A DNA stretch of 27,470 nt from Thermoplasmatales archaeon SW_10_69_26 (GTDB lineage: Archaea; Thermoplasmatota; SW-10-69-26), in NCBI GenBank assembly GCA_003009755.1, contig PXUB01000025.1, positions 144,877 through 172,346 on the forward strand. The letters are read 5' to 3'. This document shows, in pieces, positions 7,371 to 15,410 of this stretch. Position 1 is the stretch's first letter. Each line of letters begins with the position of its first letter. The notes under the pieces are model-generated. The model saw only the letters and a program-made list of their open reading frames with translations, made no database searches and had not been told where the DNA came from. Made by a program: the position numbers and the translations under genes.

Positions 7371-8606
7371 ATGCTGCACCGTTCGAGCTGGGTTGGCCTG
7401 ATCGCCCTTGGAGCCATCCTCAATCTCGCCGTCGGCGCCCTCGGCCCGCTGCCCTCCACGCTGGACACCGGCGAGGTGCTGGAGGCCCGCTCGGCGCAAT
7501 GGACCGACGCCACCGGGGTCCAGCACCAGGACGTCACCGGCGACGACGTCAGCGTCTACACGACCGAGGGCGTCAACCAGCACCCGGACCTCGAGGCCTG
7601 CCTGGACAAGGGGAACCACGGGTACGCCTCCATCGCGGGACAGAACCCGAGCACGCCCGTCGGGGATGCACAGAGTAGCCACGGAACGCTCACCGCGGGC
7701 GTCCTGTGCGGCGATGGGACTCTGAGCCGGGGCTCGGACCTCCAGCAGCCGGTGACCGGCGTGGCGCCGGGGATGCGGTTGTTCTCGTTCGGCGGGATCT
7801 GCGTGGACTCTGATTGCGCTCCCTGGTTCGAGCACCACGACATCCGCATCGTCAGCCACTCGATGACCGGCGACCCCACGGTGAAAGCGGAGGATCGGGG
7901 TGCCTCCCCGGACGCCGACATCCTGTTCGTCATGTCGGCCGGCAACGGGGGCGGTGACGGCTCGAGCGCGGAGACGATATTCCCCTACGATGAGGAGCGC
8001 GTGATGGGCGTGGCGAACGGCTACGCCGACGGGTCCGATATCTTCAAGCTCTCGAGCCGTGGAGCCAAGGACGATCCAAGCACCTGGCCGCACATCACGG
8101 CGCCCGGATGCACCTACACGCCCGGCCTGCACCCAGAAGCCACCGTTTCAGATCACGGTCCCCTGAGGGCCTTGTTGAACGTACCCCCGGTCGGGAGCGA
8201 ATCCGGCGAGTGCGCGAACATCGATCTCATCCCGGCGCTGGCCCACAGAGCCCATGGCTACCACCTGGCCTCCGGGACGAGCATGGCGGCCCCCTACGTG
8301 TCGGGCGTAGCGGCGATGATGTTCGAGGTCCACCCCGGGTTAACGGCACTCGAGGCCAAGCACCTGCTCACGCGGACGGCTGAGCCCTTCCTTCCCGTCC
8401 CCGGGAACGCGGAGCCCTCCCCGGAGGAGTTCCACGAGGAGCACGGTTACAAGGCCGGCTACGGGCTCGTGAACGCGACCGGCGCCGTTGCGGCTGCCCA
8501 CTACATGGCACTGGAACCGGGTGCCGACGCCTCCGAGGCCGTCGACGCTTACCATGTTGGCTACGCCCTGGATGGGGCGCTGGTGCTCAACCCCAATGCA
8601 GGGTGA
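7371..8606 (+). CDS. S8 (subtilisin-like) serine protease, secreted, probably with a Glu-His-Ser triad
   Basis: SHGTLTAG (His104), VTGVAPG, SAGNGG (oxyanion Asn), ITAPG, SGTSMAAPYVSG (Ser304), GYGLVNA. Hydrophobic N-terminal segment. The acidic-residue motif reads TGDDVSVYTTEGVNQHPDL. Confidence 0.9.
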   Translation: MLHRSSWVGLIALGAILNLAVGALGPLPSTLDTGEVLEARSAQWTDATGVQHQDVTGDDVSVYTTEGVNQHPDLEACLDKGNHGYASIAGQNPSTPVGDAQSSHGTLTAGVLCGDGTLSRGSDLQQPVTGVAPGMRLFSFGGICVDSDCAPWFEHHDIRIVSHSMTGDPTVKAEDRGASPDADILFVMSAGNGGGDGSSAETIFPYDEERVMGVANGYADGSDIFKLSSRGAKDDPSTWPHITAPGCTYTPGLHPEATVSDHGPLRALLNVPPVGSESGECANIDLIPALAHRAHGYHLASGTSMAAPYVSGVAAMMFEVHPGLTALEAKHLLTRTAEPFLPVPGNAEPSPEEFHEEHGYKAGYGLVNATGAVAAAHYMALEPGADASEAVDAYHVGYALDGALVLNPNAG

Positions 8607-8633
8607 CGCTTTCCTCTCGGTTCCTCGGTGTTC

Positions 8634-8824
8634 GGTTCCTGGACGTTCCAGGTGGGTAGATCGAACTCCAGCCTGCCCGCGATCGAATAGGTCATCGCGA
8701 CCAGGTCCTAATCGTTCGAGTAGCCCCGAGCCTTGGGCTTCGCTGCCTGGATCGAGCTGTTGATCCCCTCAAAGATCCCGTCGTCTGCCTGGCTTCGAAA
8801 CCAATTCACCACGCCATCCCGATG
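8634..8824 (-). mobile_element. Decayed ISL3-family transposase C-terminus with right end
   Basis: Minus strand: HRDGVVNWFRSQADDGIFEGINSSIQAAKPKARGYSND*DLVAMTYSIAGRLEFDLPT, matching the ISL3 EGINS.IQ.AK..ARGY signature, with an in-frame stop at 8708-8710. The end GGTTCC..GTGGGTAG resembles ISL3 termini. Confidence 0.8.
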
Positions 8825-8895
8825 CGATCGGTTGCCCTCGGCGACGCAGGTCAGGGACCGTCAAGGCCTTCACTGAGGGACGACCATCGATGATC

Positions 8896-9363
8896 ATGCG
8901 ATGGAGCGCTGTGCTGGCTGCGTTGCTGCTCGTGACCGCCGGCTGCCTGTCGATCGGTCAGGACGAGTCCGACACCACCACCGACGATGCCGACGATCGG
9001 GGCCCCACGACGACCTGGGAGACCGTGACCCGCTCGGGAACCGTCTCCGGCGCGGGGACACCGGCCGGCAGCGTCTCGCAAGGCGGCGGCAACATGGCCA
9101 CCTGGACGGTGCCCGAGGACACCCGGATCCTGTACCTCAACCTGACCACCGAGGGCGGCGAGCTCAGCATGCAGTACGGACCCGACTGCAACACCGAGGA
9201 CACCGTCGAGTGCGAGTACCAGACGACCACCGAGGACGGCGAAGCCCGCGAGATCGTCGAGGACCCGGCCGCCGGCGGCTGGGAAGCCTACCTGTTCATC
9301 GAGAACGACGCCGGCGAGGTCGACTGGGAGCTGACCGCGACGATGGGCGTCGTCGACGGCTAG
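8896..9363 (+). CDS. Secreted lipoprotein B (paralog of 5069-5584)
   Basis: MRWSAVLAALLLVTAG-C lipobox. LYLNLTTEGGELSMQYGPDC..EC and PAAGGW match lipoprotein A. Alternative start at ATG 8890. Confidence 0.85.
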   Translation: MRWSAVLAALLLVTAGCLSIGQDESDTTTDDADDRGPTTTWETVTRSGTVSGAGTPAGSVSQGGGNMATWTVPEDTRILYLNLTTEGGELSMQYGPDCNTEDTVECEYQTTTEDGEAREIVEDPAAGGWEAYLFIENDAGEVDWELTATMGVVDG

Positions 9364-9474
9364 GCTCAGGGTTCGCGGTGCACGCGCCAGGTGACGAGAC
9401 TCTCGAACGTGTAGTTGGCCAGGAACCCGACGCCGATCCCGGCCGCGTTCGCTAGCAGGTACCACACGCCGTAG
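9305..9474 (+). repeat. Direct repeat copy 2
   Basis: Matches 5721-5891. Here both overlapping gene ends are intact. Confidence 0.95.
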
Positions 9475-9812
9475 AGGCTGTGCAAAACGTAGAGGACGCC
9501 GAGGGCGATCGCCACGCCGAGGAGGCGGACGCCGTGCGAGCTCGCGAACCGTCGCCCGAGATCGCGCCACTCCCCGGTGCCGAACTGGCTGAACGTCCAC
9601 GTCTCGTTCACGACGAACATCACCAGGAAGGCCGACTCGGCGCTGACCACCTTGCCGAGGACGGGCCGAAGCAAGCCCGTCTCCACGACGAGGGCCAGCA
9701 CGGCCATGTCGACCACCATGCCCAGGCCCCCGGTCACCAGGAACCGTTGGAAGCGTTCGGGCGCGACCAGGCCGACCAACCGGTCGATGATGCCGGTGCC
9801 ATCCGTGACCAC
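9366..9812 (-). CDS. GtrA-family small flippase-like membrane protein
   Basis: RFQRFLVTGGLGMVVDMAVL, FVVNETWTF, ANYTFESLVTW; four hydrophobic segments. Confidence 0.9.
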   Translation of the reverse strand: MVTDGTGIIDRLVGLVAPERFQRFLVTGGLGMVVDMAVLALVVETGLLRPVLGKVVSAESAFLVMFVVNETWTFSQFGTGEWRDLGRRFASSHGVRLLGVAIALGVLYVLHSLYGVWYLLANAAGIGVGFLANYTFESLVTWRVHREP

Positions 9813-9819
9813 GGCGGCC

Positions 9820-10536
9820 TCACCCCTGTCCCTGCTCGGGCGATCGCCGGCGGATCGAGACGAGGGCGCGTGAGAACTCCTGGATCGCGGGGACGACGCT
9901 CATCGACGAGCGCGATCCGCCGTGCCACTCGACGGGTACCTCCGCGATCGAGTACGACGCCCGGCCGGCGGCCACGAGCAGCTCCATGTCCCAGGCGAAC
10001 CCGCGCTCGGTCAACCTGGGCCCGATGTCGTCCCACACCTCGCGGCGGAGGGCCTTGGCTCCGCATTGGTAGTCGCTCAGCCGGACGTCGAAGAAGCCGT
10101 GGGCGAGGACCACGAGCCCGGAGCTGAGGACCTCGCGGAGAGCCGAGCGCCCCTCCACGTCGGCCTGGGGGTGGCGCCGGCTTCCGACGGCGATGTCGTC
10201 CCCCTCGGCCACCTGCTGGACGATCCGATGGACCGAGCCGACCGACGTCGACGCGTCGGCGTCCGCGAACGCGCGGATGTCGGTGTCGAGCGCCTCGAAG
10301 CCGTCCATGATGGCCTGCCCCTTGCCTCGGCGAGCGGAGGCGGCGTTCACCTCGACCCCAGGCACATCGAGCGCCTCGGTCTCACCCTCGCGCGGCATGT
10401 CGAGCTCGATGCGGAGGTGGGCAGGCTCGATCGTCTCGAGGAGCCCCCGGGCGTAGCGGTCGACGCGCTGGACGTTGGGCTGGAACGCGGGCAACACCAG
10501 CCCGACCTCCTCGTCGTCGAGATCGCCCGGGGGCAC
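9820..10536 (-). CDS. GT2 glycosyltransferase (polyprenol-phosphate hexose synthase-like)
   Basis: VLPAF, RRGKGQAI, FADAD (DXD), IAVGSR, SDYQCGAKA, GFAWDMELL, EVPVEW. TATA-like CTTATC at -31. Confidence 0.92.
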   Translation of the reverse strand: MPPGDLDDEEVGLVLPAFQPNVQRVDRYARGLLETIEPAHLRIELDMPREGETEALDVPGVEVNAASARRGKGQAIMDGFEALDTDIRAFADADASTSVGSVHRIVQQVAEGDDIAVGSRRHPQADVEGRSALREVLSSGLVVLAHGFFDVRLSDYQCGAKALRREVWDDIGPRLTERGFAWDMELLVAAGRASYSIAEVPVEWHGGSRSSMSVVPAIQEFSRALVSIRRRSPEQGQG

Positions 10537-10662
10537 ACCGTGAACTACGTCGCGGTCCGTCGATAAGGGACGCGCCGGGCGAACGTCTGAGGCTCCTCGA
10601 CCCGGAGCGGCGGGGCTGGCCGTTCATCTGACCCCTCGGAAAGGGCCTCGGGCCGGGCGGGC

Positions 10663-12030
10663 ATGGGTGGGGCGATGGCTTCGACCGACGGGACGGCTCG
10701 AGCGAGGGTCCCCCTCGCGGCGGTCGCTGTGCTGCTGGGGGCGGCCGTCCTGGCCGCGACCATCTCGATCGACGGGAGCCTGCGCGCCGCGGTGGGGTTG
10801 GCCGCGCTGGCGGCGACGGGTTCGTTCTGGGGATTGGGGCTCCTCGGGCCCGAGCTCGGCTCGACCGACGTCTCCGCTCGGACCCGAGCGATCGTGGAGT
10901 CGGGATCGGTCGGGGTCGTGTGCGTCGCCGCCGGGCTCAGCCTCTACTACGTCAGCGTCCACGCCTGGACGTTGGTCACCGGCGAGGCGGCTGCCTTCCC
11001 GGACCTGCTGTTCCGTTGGGATGCGCACTGGTTCGAGACGATCGTCCAGTACGGGTACGACGAGCAACCGGTCCAGGAGGGGAAGCTGATCGGTCAGGCG
11101 AACTGGGCGTTCTTCCCCCTGTACCCGATGATCGTGCGCGGCGTCGTGACCCTCACGGGCATACCGGTTGCGACCGCCGGCACGGTGACGTCGGTCGCGG
11201 CGCTCGCGGTCGGATGCGCGTTCACGTACCGCTACCTGGTGCTGACGCGGTCGCGTATGGTCGCCAGGATCGGAGCCTCGCTGCTCGCTGTGGGTCCCTA
11301 CTCGTTCTACGCCTACACGCTGTACAGCGAGGCGCTCTTCGTGTGTCTGATCGCGATCGGGTTCTGGGCGTTGCACACCGGACGGTACGCGGCCGCGGCC
11401 CTCGCCGGCGCGGCGATGTCGGCCACGCGCGGCGTCGGGGTGCTCTTCGGGCTCGCGTTCCTCCTGCATCTCGTCTGGCGGACCGACGCCTTCGATCCGT
11501 TGCGCTCGCGGGGCTTGGGCCGGGACCGCTCCACGCTCGAGGCCGTCGGGGCGCTGCTGCGCGACCGGCGCATCCAGCTGGGCGCCCTGATCCCCGTCGG
11601 GTTGGCCGCCTTCGCGGCCTACCTCTGGTGGCACGTGGGCGACCCGATGGCGTTCGCCTCCGTCCAATCCGCCTGGGGTCGCGAGCCCGGCGACCCGTTC
11701 GGTCGCCTCGTCGACGGGCTGCTGGGCGCCGACGGGTCCGACCGCTACCTGGCGGGGTTCGGGATCCTCGGCCTCGCGGCCGCCCTCGACCTCGTCCGCC
11801 GGGGCCGACCCGTCGAGGGAGTGTTCGGTTTCGCCTTGCTCATCGTGCCGATCGTCTCGGGGCTGAACAGCATCCCGCGGTACGTCTTCGGGACCGCCGT
11901 GCTCGTCTACGCCCTCGCCGACCACGTCTCGCGGAACGAGTGGACGAAGGCGCTGGGGCTGGTCTTGCTAGGGGCGGCCAACGTGCTCCTGTTGGCCCTG
12001 TGGTTCAGCGGCCACAACATCGTGAACTAA
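10663..12030 (+). CDS. GT-C membrane glycosyltransferase (PIG-V/mannosyltransferase-like)
   Basis: RWDAHWFETIVQYGY, AFFPLYP, YSEALF, ATRGVG, GDPMAF..VQSAW, SIPRY; multiple TM segments. Start may be ATG 10675. Confidence 0.88.
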   Translation: MGGAMASTDGTARARVPLAAVAVLLGAAVLAATISIDGSLRAAVGLAALAATGSFWGLGLLGPELGSTDVSARTRAIVESGSVGVVCVAAGLSLYYVSVHAWTLVTGEAAAFPDLLFRWDAHWFETIVQYGYDEQPVQEGKLIGQANWAFFPLYPMIVRGVVTLTGIPVATAGTVTSVAALAVGCAFTYRYLVLTRSRMVARIGASLLAVGPYSFYAYTLYSEALFVCLIAIGFWALHTGRYAAAALAGAAMSATRGVGVLFGLAFLLHLVWRTDAFDPLRSRGLGRDRSTLEAVGALLRDRRIQLGALIPVGLAAFAAYLWWHVGDPMAFASVQSAWGREPGDPFGRLVDGLLGADGSDRYLAGFGILGLAAALDLVRRGRPVEGVFGFALLIVPIVSGLNSIPRYVFGTAVLVYALADHVSRNEWTKALGLVLLGAANVLLLALWFSGHNIVN

Positions 12031-13235
12031 CGCCGCCGGCGGCCGACGGCCACCGCCAGCGCCAGCGCGCTCGCTGCCGCAGCGAGGCCGGGACCCGCCA
12101 CTTCGGAGAGCGCGCTACCAGAGGGTGCCTGGCCGGTCGCCGCTTCGACGGGGACGTCCAGCCGTACGACCTCGCTCGGTTGGGAGTAGTAAAGCGAACC
12201 GTTGTGCACCTCGACGTCGTAGGCTCGCTTGGCGGTCTCGTGCACGACGGTGTCGGTCCAACCGCCCGCCGGATCCTCGCTCAGGCGGTGGATCGCGGCC
12301 TCGTTGAGGGAGGCCCAGTACAGGTCTCCATGGAACATGGCGGCGCCGGTCGGGGCGGCGGTGGTGTCGTTGTGGAAGACGCCGATAGGGTCCGTGAACG
12401 CCGGCTCGTCGCAGGGCTCCTCGATCGGTTCCCACCTGTCGTAGTCGTAGCGGTGGTAGCCCTCGCACTCGGGCCAGCCGTGGTTGTTGCCGGGCTCGAC
12501 GAGGTTGATCTCGTCGCGCTCCTTCTCGCCGTTCTCGGTGGCGAACAAGCGGTCGTTGGCCTCGTCGTAGGCGAGCCCGTAGACGTTGCGGTGCCCGATC
12601 GAGTAGACGTAGCCTTCGATCGTGTCCTCGGCCGGCGTGCCGTTGGGGTACAGGTGCAAGATCTTGCCCAGCCGAGAGCCGGGGTCCTGGGCCTTGCGGC
12701 CCTCGTTGTTGTCGCCGGTGGAGACGAACATGCGGCCCTTGTCGTCGAACTCGATGCGCCCGCCGTTGTGGACGACGTTGGCCGACACGTTCACCAGCCG
12801 GTGCTCGCGGCCGTCCTCGATCCGGCTGAGGACGTTGGTGCCGCCCTCGGGGTCCTCGGGGTCCCCGACGGTGTAGTAGACGTAGAAGATGCCGTTCTCG
12901 GCGACGTCGGGATCGAGCGCGAGGCCGACGAGACCGCGTTCGGCCGGATCCTCGATCGGCGCCCGGTGGAACGCGGAGGAGCGCTCACCGGTGGCTGGAT
13001 CGTGACGGGTCACGTTGCCGCTGTTCATGTCGGCCCACCACAGCTCGCCGTCGGGAGCGATCGCGATATCCACGGGGCGCCCGGCCTCGTCGACCAAGGT
13101 GGTGTTCTCCGCGGCGTCCCAGTCGGGTTTCCCCTGCTGGGCGAGGGCGGTGGCGGCCCAGAGCAGGCCGGCTCCCAGGGCGAGCACGATCGCCCAACGC
13201 AGGCCCCGTCGAGGTCGAGCGACTGGGGACGGCAT
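12027..13235 (-). CDS. PQQ-dependent glucose/sorbosone dehydrogenase-like beta-propeller, cell-surface anchored
   Basis: ERGLVGLALDP, HNGGRIEF, STGD, GKILHL..G, YSIGHRNVYGL, ENG..DEIN...G.NHGWP. Signal peptide and C-terminal VAGPG-TM-RRRR. Confidence 0.9.
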   Translation of the reverse strand: MPSPVARPRRGLRWAIVLALGAGLLWAATALAQQGKPDWDAAENTTLVDEAGRPVDIAIAPDGELWWADMNSGNVTRHDPATGERSSAFHRAPIEDPAERGLVGLALDPDVAENGIFYVYYTVGDPEDPEGGTNVLSRIEDGREHRLVNVSANVVHNGGRIEFDDKGRMFVSTGDNNEGRKAQDPGSRLGKILHLYPNGTPAEDTIEGYVYSIGHRNVYGLAYDEANDRLFATENGEKERDEINLVEPGNNHGWPECEGYHRYDYDRWEPIEEPCDEPAFTDPIGVFHNDTTAAPTGAAMFHGDLYWASLNEAAIHRLSEDPAGGWTDTVVHETAKRAYDVEVHNGSLYYSQPSEVVRLDVPVEAATGQAPSGSALSEVAGPGLAAAASALALAVAVGRRRR

Positions 13236-13396
13236 CGAACCCGGGCAGGCGGTCGCGCGGACAAGAGAGGCGACCGCGAGGGTAGATGTTCAACGAGACG
13301 GGCCAGGCTCTGCCGGCTGTGACTGAACGGATCTCGCCGTCACCCTCAAACCATCCACCGTCAACCCTGAAGGCCGCCGGCACGGCATGGCCTTGC

Positions 13397-14299
13397 ATGC
13401 GTTGGAGCTGGGTGTTGATCGGGCTGGGTCTCGTGCTGGGAGCGATCGCGGTCGGCGCCTCGGCCGCCGACGGAACGATCGCTCTCTGGACGGACGAGGC
13501 CCCGTCCACCGTCGAGCCTGGCGGATCTCAGACGTGGGAGGTGGCGGTCGCCTACAGCTCCCCGACGCCGATCGTCGACGAGGTGGACGTGACCGTCACC
13601 GCCGCGGATCGCTTGGCTTGGGCCGAGCCCGAGCTCTCCCCGTCCACCGTGACATTCGACCGCAGCGACACCGAGCCCGGGCCTCCCCCTTACCGGTACA
13701 ACGAGAACGTCACGCTCGGCGTCTCGGTTCACGAGTTCGCGCCCGCGTTCGTCGCCAAGCCCATGATGCTCACCCCCGAGGCCCACGGGGAGCTGCGAGA
13801 TCCTGCAACGCACTCCACCCAGGTGATCCTCACGCCAGGGTTCCGGGCCGGCCTGGAGGCCCTGCCGGCGGATCCGACGCTGGAACTCGTGGCCGACGAG
13901 GAGGGCCACGCGCGGGCCGAGGTCGCCAACCGCGCGAACGGGGACACGCTCGTCAGTCTCGAGGGGATCTCCGCTCCGGACGGGTGCGAGGTCGACCCGG
14001 TCGAGGACGAGGTTCTCGTCCAACCGGCCACGGACGCGAGACCCGTGCTGCACGTCACTTGCCCCGGAGAGGCCGACGGCGGGACGCTGACGGCCACGTT
14101 CGGCCAGGTGTACGCCTACGATCGCTCCATCGAGGGGGCCACCGCCGAGGCCAGCTGGGAGCTGACCGTCGAGGACGAGGCCGTCACCACCCAGTCCGCG
14201 GTCGCGGGCACCGGCTCGGACGCCGGGCTCGGGCTGGCCGCCGGGATCGGGCTCGCTGCGCTGGCGACCGCTGCGATCGCGCATCGGCGCCGCGGATGA
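13397..14299 (+). CDS. Secreted protein with Ig-like domains and C-terminal TM-RRR anchor
   Basis: Signal peptide MRWSWVLIGLGLVLGAIAVGASA, acidic beta-rich body, C-terminus GLGLAAGIGLAALATAAIAHRRRG. Confidence 0.8.
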   Translation: MRWSWVLIGLGLVLGAIAVGASAADGTIALWTDEAPSTVEPGGSQTWEVAVAYSSPTPIVDEVDVTVTAADRLAWAEPELSPSTVTFDRSDTEPGPPPYRYNENVTLGVSVHEFAPAFVAKPMMLTPEAHGELRDPATHSTQVILTPGFRAGLEALPADPTLELVADEEGHARAEVANRANGDTLVSLEGISAPDGCEVDPVEDEVLVQPATDARPVLHVTCPGEADGGTLTATFGQVYAYDRSIEGATAEASWELTVEDEAVTTQSAVAGTGSDAGLGLAAGIGLAALATAAIAHRRRG

Positions 14300-14405
14300 G
14301 CGGGCAGGCGTGACCGGTCGGGCGGCTGCGAGGGACACGCCCGCCCTCAGCGGTGGCCTCGGTCGGGCGTGCTCTCCCCAAGCCCGGTCGGGCCCTGTTG
14401 TCGGC

Positions 14406-15164
14406 TCAATACCGACCGGGCTTGGGGACTTCCCCCACCACCATCCAGACCCCCTCCTGGCGGGGGTCGGCCTCGCGGAGGACGAGCTCGTCCAGCTCGC
14501 CGGTGCGGTCGGCGTGCGTGCCATCGCAGGGGTAGGCGCAGACGCCGTCGACACGCACGACCTCGATCGTGGTGCCTGGGCCGGGGTAGGGCTGGCCCTC
14601 CTCGAAGGGCTGGGGATCGAGCTTGTGCTCGGCCACGTCGCGGGGATCGTAGGCGCGGTCGACGGGCACGTCCTGCTCGATCCAGGTGTCGACCCGGTCG
14701 ACGGCCTCGGCGAGCACGTCCGGCCGGATCGACCAGCCGCGCAGGTCCAGCCGGAAGCGCCCGCCGCCTTTGACCTCGGGATCGTCGACGAGCGTGACGT
14801 CCACGATCTGCGTCACGGCCCGTAACAGGAGGTGCATCGCGGTGTGGGCCCGCGAGTCCAGCTCACGTTGGTCCTGGTCGAGGTGCAGCTGGAGGTCGTC
14901 GCCGGCCGAGAGGTCGGCCCCGTGGATGCGGTGCCAGATCGCCCCGCCGCGCTCGACCACCGCGACCAGGTCGTGCTTGTCGCCGCCTTGCACCCACACG
15001 GTGCCGCCGTCGGCGCGTTGGGGGTGCCGGTAGGCGCGGCTCTTGGGGCGGAACAGGGTCCGATCGAGGCGGAACTCCGCCCCGCGGGTCTCGACGACCT
15101 CGGCCAGCGCGGTCTTGCGGCCGGGCTCGGTCTCCCACAGCCGCTTGGTGCCCTCGCTGCTCAC
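14406..15164 (-). CDS. AlaX-like (AlaX-M size) trans-editing aminoacyl-tRNA deacylase, divergent
   Basis: LDRTLF, RAHTAMHLL (HxxxH), RFRLD, PCDGTH..TGE (CxxxH). GTG start at 15164 with a TATA-like element at -30. Confidence 0.85.
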   Translation of the reverse strand: MSSEGTKRLWETEPGRKTALAEVVETRGAEFRLDRTLFRPKSRAYRHPQRADGGTVWVQGGDKHDLVAVVERGGAIWHRIHGADLSAGDDLQLHLDQDQRELDSRAHTAMHLLLRAVTQIVDVTLVDDPEVKGGGRFRLDLRGWSIRPDVLAEAVDRVDTWIEQDVPVDRAYDPRDVAEHKLDPQPFEEGQPYPGPGTTIEVVRVDGVCAYPCDGTHADRTGELDELVLREADPRQEGVWMVVGEVPKPGRY

Positions 15165-15380
15165 GGTGGCCCGAACGGGAAGGGGTGCCTCAACCTTGCC
15201 CCGCAGCCGTCGGTGCCGGCAAAAGCGTCGGCTCGCCGGTGACGAACGTCTGCTTGTGGCTTTGCGCGCGTTCGTAGTGCCAGTCGTCGGTCGAGCGCTC
15301 GGGCAGCTTGGCCACCGCCAAGGCGCAGGACCTCGAGGCGTTCGCGGCGGACGCGCTGAACGGCGGGTCAGGCGCAAGCG

Positions 15381-15388
15381 CTTAACGG
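15381..15388 (+). promoter_or_regulatory. TATA box of glpK (leaderless)
   Basis: CTTAACGG starting at -30 from ATG 15411. Confidence 0.5.
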
Positions 15389-15410
15389 CGACGGTCGCCT
15401 TCGCCCCACG

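Noticed and set aside
7461-7472. LDTG (Asp32) as the subtilase catalytic Asp
   Set aside because: It follows the signal peptide directly, lacks the preceding VxVAV strand and following HPDL, and is 72 residues from His. The Glu66 segment fits better, though this is not proven.
15200-15380. Possible ncRNA or small ORF between the AlaX-like gene and glpK
   Set aside because: Only short weak stems and a motif-less short frame; nothing supportable.
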